A DNA stretch of 64,000 nt, taken from the NCBI GenBank assembly GCA_001179505.1, contig CDMY01000267.1:1-64000 (forward strand). Direction: 5' to 3'. A program made the translations under genes and the position numbers. Under the pieces are notes generated by a model that was not told where the DNA came from, made no database searches, and worked only from the letters and a program-made list of their open reading frames with translations. Source of the stretch: Vitrella brassicaformis CCMP3155 (lineage: Eukaryota > Protista > Chromerida). This document shows, in pieces, positions 47,152 to 60,787 of this stretch; the stretch's first letter is position 1; the number at the start of each line of letters is the position of its first letter.

Positions 47152-49800
47152 TCACCTTCGAGCGCCCCCCACCCCGAGCCCCAGCGCCAGCCCCCTGCTG
47201 CCGCTCCTTCTCGACCTGCCCGACGACCGTCGTCTCCTCCGGCTGCTGCTTTTGGTGCTCAAGACGAACTCATGGATGGCGCTCTCAGCCAACCTCATAG
47301 CCGACACAGACACACCCCCGTTGTGCACGGATGTCGGCGTGGCGGAGCTGGGCAGCTCCATCGGCAGGCTGCTCTGGGCCTCTGGGTGGGACGAGTGGGG
47401 GAGGGGCAGTGGGGGCGCGGGGGCGGAGGTGTGCTCGCTCTTGCTCCGCTGAATGGACGACGCCGCCTCTCTCCTGACGAGTCTCTCCCCCGTGTTGTTC
47501 TGGGGGGTCCTTGGGGTGCGCTTGGCCAGCAGGTCCGCCACGCCGTTGGCCGAGAGGCCGTCCATGAAGCTGCCGAGGTCCGTGAGATTGGCGCTGAGCT
47601 GCATCCTGGTGTGGATGTGGCTGGGCGGTGTGGGGTGGGGCAGGGCCTGGTGTGTGGAGGGGCTGCTGGGGCAGGGCGAGGGGGAGGGAGAGGGGGAGGG
47701 TGAGGGAGATGGGGAGGCGGAGGCGGAGGCCATGTCTCTCTCGCCGTTGCCATCCTCGCCGCCGTCAGGGCCGACACCGTCGTCCACACAATCGCTCTTG
47801 ACCGTCGAACAGGGAGAGGGCGGCGACTCGTCGATGCTCTGCACCACACGACAAGTGAGTAACATCCATCCATCCATCCACCCTGCCCCTCTCCCTCTTT
47901 CTCACCTGACAACCAGCGGGCCGTTCCGGCGCCGGGCTGCCCTTGGCCTTGTCCACCCGCATCGGCACGATAAATGGTAAGGCCGGCTCGTCGCCCCCAT
48001 AACCACCGCCCCCAGCACCGCCACAGGTGCAGACCCCCACCATCCCAGCTGGACGGTCGTCGTCATCCCTCTCCTCCCAGTCGCTCTCAGAGTCGGACCA
48101 ACACATGCTCGTAGCGCGCATCGTCACGGGATCGATCATCGTGCCGCCTGTGGTGTTGTTGTTGTTGTTGTTGTTATGTGGTTGATGATGATCGTGCTGG
48201 TGCTGGTGCTCGTTGTTGTGGGATGAGGAGGGTGGGCGAGGGGGGATGCCCCCGCAGGAAGGGCAGAAAGGAGGCGACCGGCCGTGCACTCCGACGCCTG
48301 CTGGGGGGAGCGTCGGGCGGTTGTAGATGCTCGCCGCTGACACAGAGAGAGAGAGCGGTGTGTGTGTGTGTGTGTTTGTGTATGGAACAATGAGCGTACC
48401 TGCGAGGCTGTCTTCGGTAGCATTTCTGATGGAGACGGCGTCGCTGCTGGAGGGGACGGGCGAGGGGGAGGGGAACGGCAGGTTGGGACGGATCCGCAGC
48501 CCCCCCAGGTCCGAGTCGTTCGGCGGCCTGTGTGACACACACACACAGGCAGGTGTGACACACAGACAGGGAGAGCTATAGCCATTAGCCATTTGTGTGT
48601 GTGTGTTTGGTGTGGTGTGGCTGCGTACCAGACGACGTGGGCGTGATGGTGCGGATGGTGGCCGTGGTGATGGTGCGGCTGGTGGCCATGGTGTTGCTGT
48701 GGGTGGAGAGAGCCGTTGTTCTCTTCGTCGTTGTTGGTGAGGGTGTTGGTGAGGGGGTCGTAGGACGGCCGGTAGAAGGGCTCGCTCACCAGTGGCTGCA
48801 CACCAGACACACAATCCACACACCCACACATCCAAACACACACACTCCCCCTCTCTCTGCCCATTACTTACAGGCATCGGAATCGGTCCGTCACAGCTGC
48901 CGGTATCGGTCACCTCACCAACTACACACACACACACACATGGATGGATGGATGGATGGACGACCACACACGACTGACTGCATGTACCTGTACCTACCGC
49001 TCGCAGTCTCCACACGCCGTGGGGTCGTCTGCGCCGCCTGTGCCAGCGCCTGTGCCTGTGTCTGTAAGTATGGGCGTGGGGCTCTGACGGCCTCCAGCTG
49101 CCCCCCGAAGGGATTGACCACCTGCACGGCCTGCGCCGAAATCGACGAAGGCGTCAAAGCCGACTCTGCACATACCATCAACACACACACAGGTGTGCAT
49201 CGGCATCGCCCGTCGCACAGACAGACAGACAGACGGACGTACCTGCCGCGGCTGCCTGTGCGTGTGGAGCGGCTGCAGCAGCAGCAGCTGCCTGTGCCGC
49301 TGCTGCCTGCTGTGCCTGCTGCGAGGTGACGGACATCTTAGGGTTTATGGCGTGGGGGAACATGTGCTTGTGAGCCGACAGCACCACGTCGGGGGGGAAG
49401 CGCAGGAACGTCAGAATGGATGTGATCGAGATGAACGGCTGCACTCCATTTATCGCACACACACACACGAACACACACAGCGCTTCCCTTTCTCTCCCTC
49501 TCTCTCTCACTCTCCCTCTCTCTCCCTCTCTCTGTCTGTTGGGGGTGGGGGAGAGGAATAGGTTACTTGGTCGGCCAGTATGAGGTGCGAGCAGTTCTTG
49601 AGGATGATCAGATGCCCATTCTTGAAGCAGCTCACCACCCGCTGCACAATACACACGCACACACACACACACGTGATGCTCGTCTGTCTGTCTGTCTGCG
49701 TATGTCGATCGTCGACGTGCCTTTGCCACTTTTGCGGGACAGACGGTGTCCTCTCTCCCCCACATAATCAGCGACGGCCGATCGGACGCACCGATCTACA

Positions 49801-49839
<39 letters not shown>

Positions 49840-51417
49840 GGTTGGGAGGGAGGGAGGGAAAGAGGGAGGCAGGGAGGGAGGGAGAGACCGACACACACAC
49901 ATGGGTACCTCTCTGACAACGTCTTCCTGGCTCCACATGGGCAGCTGCGTGACACAGCCCAGAAAGGCCCCCACCACACCCTTCTTGACGAACAACTGCA
50001 CACCAGACAGACAGACAGACAGACACCACCCACACGTCATGCAATGATGCACCCACCCTACACACACACATGGGTGTGTGGTTTGTTGATGGCCACGAAC
50101 CTGCCACATCATCCTCTGCCAGAGGGTATCGACCACACCCGAGGTCCGCTCAGCAACAGAGAACTTCTGCAATCACGACACGTCCACATGCGTCAAGGTG
50201 TGTGTGTGTGTCGGTCGGTCGGTCGGTCGGTCCGCAGTGTGACGTAACTTGCCTTCTCGAAGGCCCTCTTTCTGAAGCAGCAAGGGCTTACTAGCTTGGG
50301 CAGACACCCCATCACACAGGGACACGCCTGCAGCAGCCTGTGCCACACACACACACAGGGATGGATGGATGGTAGGCGTGGTGTGTCCACTTCTCACTTG
50401 AGCGGCCCCGGCTTCTTCTCCAGGAAACCAGCTGCCAAGCCACACACCACACAACACACCAGACACAACAGACACACACACACATAGAGAGGGATAAGGG
50501 ATAGGTATCTGTCTGTCGTGCGCAGTGCACGGACTTCCACCGCACCTGGTGAACAAAGGCACAGCCGCTGCACTCTATCCGGGTACTTGTGCGTGAAGCC
50601 CACAGCGATGCAGCACCCCATTGAGAAGCCGATGAGGCTCACCGGCACCTCACCCAAACCCAACTTGTCCAGCAACTCGACGGCTTGCTGCTCACACACA
50701 CACGAAAGATGCACACAGCCGGTCACACACACACACGGAGAGAGAGAGAGAGAGGGGTACCCACCTCGACAAAGAAGTCCACAGAGTAGGTCTTCTTGCG
50801 CGGCCGGTGTCTAGGCGCCGCCGACAAACCATGGCCGTACAAATCTACCCACACGACACACAAGACACAGCCACGATCACACACGCAACGAAATGCGGCC
50901 TCTTGTGTGACTCCCTGCCTGCCTGAGTGGCCACCGTACCAAATGTGAGGACCTGGAAGCCGTACTTAGGCAGCACCTCCTGCAGGTCCGCAAACGTCAT
51001 CCTCGTGCCGTTCAAACCGTGAAATGTCACCACCTGCACACAACACACACCATACCACACACACACAAGTACAGGAAGGAGCAACGGACAAGCAAGCCAT
51101 ACACACACACGGCAGGCACAGGCGGGTGTGTACCATACCATTGGGTCGCCCCTCCGACCACCGATGTCGTAGTTGATGGTCCCCCACTTGCCCGCCACGG
51201 TCTTGGCGACGGGGTAGGGGCACTCGAGGCCCTGCTTCTTGAGCCACCGGGGGATCTTGTACTGCTGCTGCAGCAGCGAAGACGGCCGTTGCTGGGGTGG
51301 TGGCGATGTGGCTGTGGCTGTGGTGGTGGGCTTGACTTGCTCGGGGGAGATGGCCGCCACAGTGGGCGGCATGCCGCTACCATTGGCGCTGTTGCTGTTG
51401 TTGTTGTGCTCAGTCAT
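47152..51417 (-). CDS. Alpha/beta-fold hydrolase with a very long disordered C-terminal extension
   Basis: VVTFHGLNG, DLYGHGLS, nucleophile elbow LIGFSMG, LIMWGREDTV, LKNCSHLILADQ. The frame continues through PFISITSILTFL into A/Q/H/N/S/P-rich exons ending GVGGARR* at 47152. Confidence 0.8.
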
Positions 51418-51725
51418 CTCTCTATCTCTTTGCGAATCAGGTCGGTCAGGGGAGGTCACTTCGGCTGTCTAATCTGCGGCGTGCGGTTTTGTTGTTGTGC
51501 GTTGGTGCGATTGTGGCGAATGGAGGGAGGGAGATGGAGCTCACTGCTCCGCACACAAGATGACCGGTGCGGAGCCGCCGTCGGTGTCCAGCTCAGTCAC
51601 CTGCTCCTGCGATTTGCCGATACCATCTTATGCTCGGGCGGCCGTGCAAGCATCATCACAGCGCTCTCCTCTCTTCTTGCCTTCTCAAACAAATGCGAGC
51701 TTAGCGAAGATCGCCGAAAGGAGAA

Positions 51726-53281
<1,556 letters not shown>

Positions 53282-54199
53282 ACACACGGAGAGACAGACA
53301 GACAGACAGACACACAGACAGACAATTGTGAATGAATGAAGGGATGGAAGGATGGATGGATGAAATGAGAGGATCTGTGCGGGTCTGTCGTCTTGGTTGG
53401 TTCGTTTCTGCTTTTAACGCTTCACATTGCGATGCTGCGGCTCAGCCACGTGGTCTGTGGCTGTGTGCTGCCGCCTCACGATGAGCAGCGTGATGCAGAC
53501 AACCACCTAGACAGATAGACAGACAGACAGACAGAGAAGCATGTTCTCTGTCTGTCTGTCAGGGTGGTGTTGTTTCCTAGCTCGTGGATGGGTTGGCATG
53601 GCAGGTGTGTCGTATGTATGGCCTTGGTGAGAGGGTGAGTGTTTGGGCATCCATCAATTGCTGACTTGGCAATCAATCAATAAGTGGGCGTATGAGCCGA
53701 GCGGCACTGCACGACGCGCGACAGAGTTCATCCGGTCGGGTCACTCGCATGCCGATGCCAATGCCATGTGAGTGTCGCCTCACCATACCATTGCAAAACT
53801 GTCTGGCGCTATTATGCGTCTGTCTGTCTGTCTGATGCCCACCCCACACATGAAATCAACCACATCAATTCAATTAAGCCCCCTGACACTCACACACAGA
53901 GATAACATGTGCTATGTGAAAAATGGCCCTTCCCTCAGTCATCAATCTATCTCTCATCCCATCTGAGATGTCTCTCAGCCACCGGGTGTGTGTGAAAAAT
54001 GTGCAAGCACGGGGTGCACATCACATTGCCTTGCAGTGCGCTTCATTCACAGACAACCGTCATTAGTAGCTGTCAAGTCAAAGATAGATAAGAGAGAGAT
54101 GGCAAAAATCTATCTCCTATCTCTCTGTCAGGTACCCACACACCCTCCCCTCCCTCCCCTCTTTGCCTCTTTGCCTCTCCGCCCCACACACACACTCGG

Positions 54200-56270
54200 C
54201 TACGCCATTTTGTCTTCGGCCAGCGGTTGTGAGAGCGATGACTGCGACAGGAGCGTCTCTGACACGAGTGTCTTGACCTCGCCAGGGCCGCCTTGCCGCA
54301 GCTTCTGCAGCCTCTCCAGCATCTCCTTCTTGTTAGCTACACACAACACACACATGATCACGATAGATGCATACGGTCTTGTTTGATGCATCTGTGTTGT
54401 GTTCTTTTCGTTCACTGACTGATAGGAGGCTCTTGTGCTGGTGCAGGTGCGGGTGCAGCGACCGGCTCCTTCTTGGCCCCTGGCGCTGGCATCACTGACG
54501 GCTTGGGTGGTGCTGGTGCCTCCTTCTTGACCGCCTCCACCGGAGGCGCCGCCTTCTTCTCCTCCACCTTGGGAGCTGGCGGGGCCTCCTCTTTCTTGGC
54601 TGCCGGGGCTGGTGCTGGTGCTGGTGCTGGGGGCTCTTCCTTCTTGGCCATCGGTGCTGGCGCGACCGCCTCCTTCTTGATCACCTGTGGCGCTGCCGGT
54701 GGTGCTGGCGGCTCTTCCTTCTTGGCCTCAGGTGCAGGTGCAGGTGGTGGTTTCTTCTTCTCACCCGGCCCCAGCAGCGAGTCCGGCAGCTCTATTTTGC
54801 CTATCGGCGCAGGTGCGGGCTGCGCCACGGGCGCCTTGGCCTTGGTGGGCGTTGCGACTGCTTTCTTGACCGTCTTCTGCACGGCTGGTGTCGATCCTGG
54901 GGGTGTGGGTGGGGCGGGTGGCTGGGGGGACAGCAGCACGGAGGCAGCGTAGAGGCCGACGGACGACGCTACGGCACCTGAGGGAGAAGGCATGGCATGT
55001 GGATGCGTGTGTGTGCTGAGGGAGTGGGGATGTGATGTGTGGGCGTGGCGTACGCACCGCCAGCAATCCCTGCGATGAGTTTGTCGATGCCTTCTGGCCC
55101 GCTCCGGGTGCTCGCCAGAAGGTTGTAGCCCTGACAGACAGACAGGGGACAAAGAGAGAGAGAGAGAGAGAGGAGGGACAGATACCACATAAACGAAAAC
55201 TCGTTCGTTCATTCACTCACCGCATCTTTCTTGATCTGCTCCTCCTGCTCCTTCTGGATGATCTGGTCCTGGTGGCACAAGCACACCACACCACACACAC
55301 GTCAAGATTTACACACATACATACTAGACTGCTACACACACGCCGACACACGCACATCCACCACATCCCTCCATCCCTACCGACCCGCAGTTTGGCCACG
55401 CTCCTGGCCTCCTTGGTCTGCTGCAGCAGCCCCCTCCCGGCAGACACGGCCGCCACCGGCGCCAGCACCCACGGCAACGCACCCAAAGCAACACCTGTGG
55501 CCGTCTGCTGCGTCGTCAGGCCCTGTGCACACACACACACACACACACGCACACACACAAATCATCCGCACCATCGACAGGCACACTGCCTGCGTCCCGT
55601 CCGTACCTTGATCTCTCCCCCTTTGGGAGGGCTGAGGCTGGGGAGGGACGGCAGCTGCACCGACGGCAGCTGGGGGAGGCTGGGTGCGGCGGGCGGGGTG
55701 ATCGAGGGCGCCTGGGGCTTGCTGCTGCTGGTGGTCGCGACGGCCTGCTGCTGCTTGGTCTGCTCGGCCAGCTTCTGCGGCTTGCTAAGCAGCCTGTCGA
55801 AGAGGTCACGCTTGCTGGTGGTGGGCGTGGGAGAGGGAGGGGCGGAGGGAGCCTCCTGCTCCTGCTGCTGCTTGGAGGCGAACAGACCTCGACCGAATGG
55901 CGACTTGGCTGCACACAGGACACAGACTCTCACAGACATACGGCAGTGGGTGTGGTGCATTGAACGTGCATCTCGTCCCCATCCCACCTGGCTCTTTGTC
56001 CTTCTTGGCCTCTGTCTTCTTGGGTTCAGGTGTGGGCTTCTTGCCCTCCAGCCTGTCCTCGATGTTGCTCAGCACATCGCCGAAGTCGATGTCAAGCGAT
56101 GCCGAGCGCCGCGTGAGTGAGGGGGGCCTCCTCGGCTGTGTTGACGAGAGCGGCTGCATGTGCATGTGCGTGTGTGAGGGGAGGGTGGGGGGGAGGAAGG
56201 CATTGGAGGTGCTGATGATGCAGAGGGACAGAAAGAGCGGCGGGAGGGCCGCAGATGATGCAGCTACCAT
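54200..56270 (-). CDS. Hypothetical plastid-targeted membrane protein with two hydrophobic helices and a P/A/K/E repeat region
   Basis: Signal MVASSAALPPLFLSLCIISTSNA|FLPP. Hydrophobic segments: GVALGALPWVLAPVAAVSAG and IAGIAGGAY..GAVASSVGLYAASVLL. Repeated AKKEEPPAP-like units. Last exon ANKKEMLERLQKLRQGG..KMA*. Confidence 0.75.
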
Positions 56271-56640
56271 GCTATGCTGCCTGCCCGCTGCCTGCCTGAA
56301 GAAGAAAATGCACATGTGTAGAGCAAGCACAGCACAGCAATGCAATGCATCCTTCCATTCCATCCTCTGGTGTTTGTGTGCTTGCAGATCTGCGTGTGCC
56401 TCGCTCGTGCATCTGTCACTCACCGTAAGTGAGTTGGTCCGCTGATGGATGAGTGAGGATGGCCCACTCTCCCTTGTGCCGCCCTTTGCCCAGATCCTCG
56501 TCGTCGGTTGCTTTAGCTCGCAAACCGTCTGCGAGCTTACTCCCAGCTGAACGTCGCGCATCACTGAGCCTCCCCTTGTCACCAGGAGCACTCCATGGAT
56601 CTCGATAATGGAATCTCCCGAGGAAGGGCGAGGCGGCCGA

Positions 56641-59600
56641 TGAGTCAATGTCATCTGCTGCTGAAAGGCCTCCTGTGGCACTGCTTCGTCCTCCAGTGGT
56701 TGGCGTCATGCCATCGGTGTGCATGTGAGCCGCCGCACACACACAGACGGCCCACATCTGGCTTCTCTCCCTCTGCCGCGGCCGGGCTGGGTCAGTCGCT
56801 GTGGGAGAGGATGGGCAGCTTTGATCTCTCCAGCCGTGCGAGGAGCGTCCTCACCGAGGGGCAGCAAGCGCTGTCTGTCTTCTTTCGAGCCGTGTTCGTC
56901 GACCTGCCCTGGTGAAAAGCACTCACACCGGGAGGAGAGGAACCACAGGGAGGGCACAATGCATTAATTCGTTCATTGCTGCAGGTCTGACGAGAGTGCA
57001 GACCAGCTGGCTTCCATGCGGGAGAGCCAGCAACTCACCAGACGGCTGATGCAGCAACAACAACAGCAAGAGAGAGCAAGGCGGAGGCTGCACAATGATG
57101 TCGAGCAACAAGATGGCGACGGCCATCTCTCTCTCGCAGTGGACGGCAAAGGCCGCATTCTCCAGCAGCCTACAGCACCACCAGCACCAGCAGCAGCATC
57201 AAACGGGACAACAGCCGCGCCACCACCAGGCGACGTTGTTGACGAGTCGAGATGCGAACCTTATGGCGTGGCGCGGCGCGTCAAGGTAGACATAGCTGAG
57301 TGCTGGGACGGCCAGCAGATGGTGAGGGTGTCCCGGGAGTACTTAATCACGCGGGCGGCTGTGTTTGGGCTGCCGGCCGTGCTGGCTGAGTGCGATGTGC
57401 GCGAGGGGGAGGAAGACGTGTGTTTCTGTCCGGTCGACAGACAGGTACGTATGTGTGTGTATGTTAGACACAAATGGGGAAAGAGATTGCATTGGTGATG
57501 GTTCGGTTCGTTGCCTGTGGGTATGTTGTCAGGGTGGTGAGTGCGAGCTGGCGGTGCCCCGCGTGTGTGCCGTTCGACGCATCAGCCCAACACCGAGTGC
57601 GCAGCCGGACTCTGTTACCCAGCCAGGCAGCCTGGTTACTTAGCACCAGCCAGTGTGTGTGTGTGTGTGAATGCAGGTTGCGACAAGTCAGCCCGCGGCT
57701 ATAACTCGCTGCTCGACGGCGACCCTGTCTGCTACCCAGTCGACCCACCCAAAGGCACAGGCACACACACACACTAAGAGGCCCCCCNNNNNNNNNNNNN
57801 NNNNNNNNNNNNNNNNNNNNNNNNNNNNNNNNNNNNNNNNNNNNNNNNNNNNNNNNNNNNNNNNNNNNNNNNNNNNNNNNNNNNNNNNNNNNNNNNNNNN
57901 NNNNNNNNNNNNNNNNNNNNNNNNNNNNNNNNNNNNNNNNNNNNNNNNNNNNNNNNNNNNNNNNNNNNNNNNNNNNNNNNNNNNNNNNNNNNNNNNNNNN
58001 NNNNNNNNNNNNNNNNNNNNNNNNNNNNNNNNNNNNNNNNNNNNNNNNNNNNNNNNNNNNNNNNNNNNNNNNNNNNNNNNNNNNNNNCCCCCCCCCCCCC
58101 CCCCCGACATGCACCGCACCCATATATATATGCCTTCCCTCGTGCAGGCGGGTCCCCATTGGTGTTTTCCTTTTCCTATGAGCTCAACTGCTCGTTCGTG
58201 GTCGACCAGAGTGACGGCACGCTGCCCGCCAACAGCACCGAGGAGTATGACAAGTGGTTTGGCCGCAAGGAGGGGAGCAACTTCCGGGTGGGTGAGGGGT
58301 ATGTCAACCTGGACACCGGGGCCAGCTATGACGACCCGTTTGTGTACGCCCCGCCTGGGAGCGACCGATTCAACGTGCCCCTGGAGTGAGTGGGTGGGTG
58401 AGTGGGTGCGTCTTGGCAATCTATGCATGTGTGTGTGTTGGGTGTCTGTGTGTCTGTGTGGTTAGGGAGAGGAGCCACGCATCGCATGACTATTCTCACC
58501 CAACCGAGCCGCTGGCAGCCTACGTGCAGTTGACGAGAGACACATACAACGTCTCGCTCGTCAAAGGTGGGCCCCATCACGCCACACACTCATCGACAGA
58601 CACGAGTGGATCGGCCAAGACACACACAGAAATGTCGTGTCATCTGTGCAGAGCCTGGTGTGGGTGTGGACGTGTCTGCGCCCCTGATGGCCTCCACAAA
58701 TGTGGGTGGCCTCGTCAGCGGCGCGGCGACCGACCTCGCAAACGACCCTGCCAGCGCGACGCAAAACATCGGTACTCAAACACACAAACAAACAGACAAA
58801 CAGAACCACTGCCCCTGTGCGATGGACGTGCCTGTGCAGATCTGTCGATGATCAGTCCCCTGTTGGCTGGGGGCGGGGCGTCCCTGGCCAGCATCAACGT
58901 CACCCGCGGCCTCTGCAATGTCAACAATGGCGGATGCCACGAGCGGGCGACCTGCAGTGTGTCCAATGGTTTGGTGGTGTGCTTCTGCGAGCCGGGCTAC
59001 GCGGGAGACGGTACGCATCAACGATGACACGAACCAAGAGAGAGAGAGAGAGAGAGAGAAGGGGAGAGAGCATTGTGGGTGCAGCTGTGAGTGTGGGTGT
59101 GCAGGTGTTGTGTGTGAAGACATTGATGAGTGCGCGACCAACAACGGCGGGTGGGCGAGGACACCATGGGTGTGTGTCCATTGCATGGCGTTGCCTGCGT
59201 GCATGTCAGGTGTCCGTCGCTGTGCGTCAACTATCCCGGCGGCTTCACCTGTGTCTGCTCCCCTGACAACGACACCTGCACCAGCACCAGCAGTGAGGGC
59301 CACCTCGCTCCAAACAGGAGGCTGCAGATGGGCGACGGCAGCAGCGGCAACGACACCGCCACTCCGCCCCAGAACCTCTCGTGGTTTGTCCCGCCGACCT
59401 GGGCGGAGCTGCGGAGCGAGTATGACGTCGATGAGGCCTTCAAATACTACATCAGGACAGACTGGTACACACAATCACACACACACACACACAGAGATGG
59501 AGAGAGAGACCTGAACGCATTCCCATGTGTGTGTGTGTATGGTGATATCTCTGTGTGTGTTAGGGTGGTGTTCAGCGGGCCGCCGAGAGTGTCCTTGGAG

Positions 59601-60320
59601 ACCTGCCTGGTGAGTTTCCACTACCTATGGGACAACACCTACTGCGTCAACGCGTCCACGACCATCCCGCCATTAGCCCTGGTGGGCTACAGCCGCTTGA
59701 CGACCACACTCGCCTGGCCGTCCGTCGGCTCCCTGCCCTCGTCGCACTTCACAGCCGGCCGGCTGTACTTCGAGACCATGGTCAGAGAACCGTCATCCAG
59801 TGGGGACAAAAATGACGACGGATGGCACATCCGCAACTTCCAGGTGTGTCAGTGGGCGGCAAAGAGCACCTGCGGGCTTCGAATGTGTGTCTCTGTGTTG
59901 GCGTGTGTTCAGTATGTCGACCGGGTTCTGATGGATCCCACCTGGTATGACGAGCCGATGCCGCCCGAATTCAGGCTAAGCCCTTTGGCCATCGCGTTGA
60001 TCGTGTTCGGCTCTGTCCTGCTGGTGGCCGCCGTCGGCATAGTGGTGATGTATATCCTTCACAAGAGGGGCGTCCATGTGCCATGGAGCCTTCCCGCGAT
60101 GATGCACTCAGCTCGCGAGGTGTTCATGCGGCTGCTGGGGCGAAGACGGGTGGGCGCGATGGAGAGTGGTGGTGCTGCCGCTGGTGGGGGTGGTGCAGAG
60201 GAGCAGGATAAGCAGCCGGGAGAGCTGGAGAGGCAGACGGCTGACCAGAAGGGCGGTGCCGAGCAGGCAAGGCGGAGACATCATGGCAAGGGCAGCCAGC
60301 CAGAGTCTGTTGGGTGGTGA
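56641..60320 (+). CDS. Type I transmembrane protein with signal peptide, Cys-rich region and tandem EGF / calcium-binding EGF domains (adhesin-like)
   Basis: Signal [63 protein letters not shown]. cbEGF: EDIDECATNNGGCPSLCVNYPGGFTCVC. TM: LAIALIVFGSVLLVAAVGIVVMYIL, followed by a cytosolic tail. Confidence 0.85.
57788..58087. other. Assembly gap (300 N) flanked by C runs, inside the EGF-protein gene
   Basis: N run, flanked by C6 and C18. Confidence 0.95.
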
Positions 60321-60787
60321 CAGGTAGACGATGTCGTGTTTCTCGTAATGGGAACGCATCAGTAGGCAGTGGGGTGGGTAGATAGATCGGGATGGCAAGT
60401 TGACTTTGTATGTTAGGGATATCAAGAGATTCAATCCACAAGAGATTCAATCCACTGACACCAGCTACCGGGTACTGTCCATCCATGTTGCCTGCCTGCC
60501 TGTACAGTGAGTCCGATGCCACACCCACCACCATAACACACACATACACACACATGCACATCGACAGTAGAATGGCGGCGTGCTGAATGGCCGTGGTAGG
60601 CCATCCTCACACGCACAGACAGGAATGGAGGCACGGAGCACGGAGCATTTGATTGTGTCCATTGAGTCCATTCCATGGATATGGCAGTCGGTGAGCGAAC
60701 GAGTGAGTCAGTCGGCCATCGGCCGCCCGCGAGCGATACATGCTATCCTCCGTCTGCACCCACCTCCCACCTGCACCCTCGCCTCAC

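Noticed and set aside
60423-60454. 16-bp tandem duplication CAAGAGATTCAATCCA x2
   Set aside because: A simple local duplication in a 3' intergenic region with no further structure.
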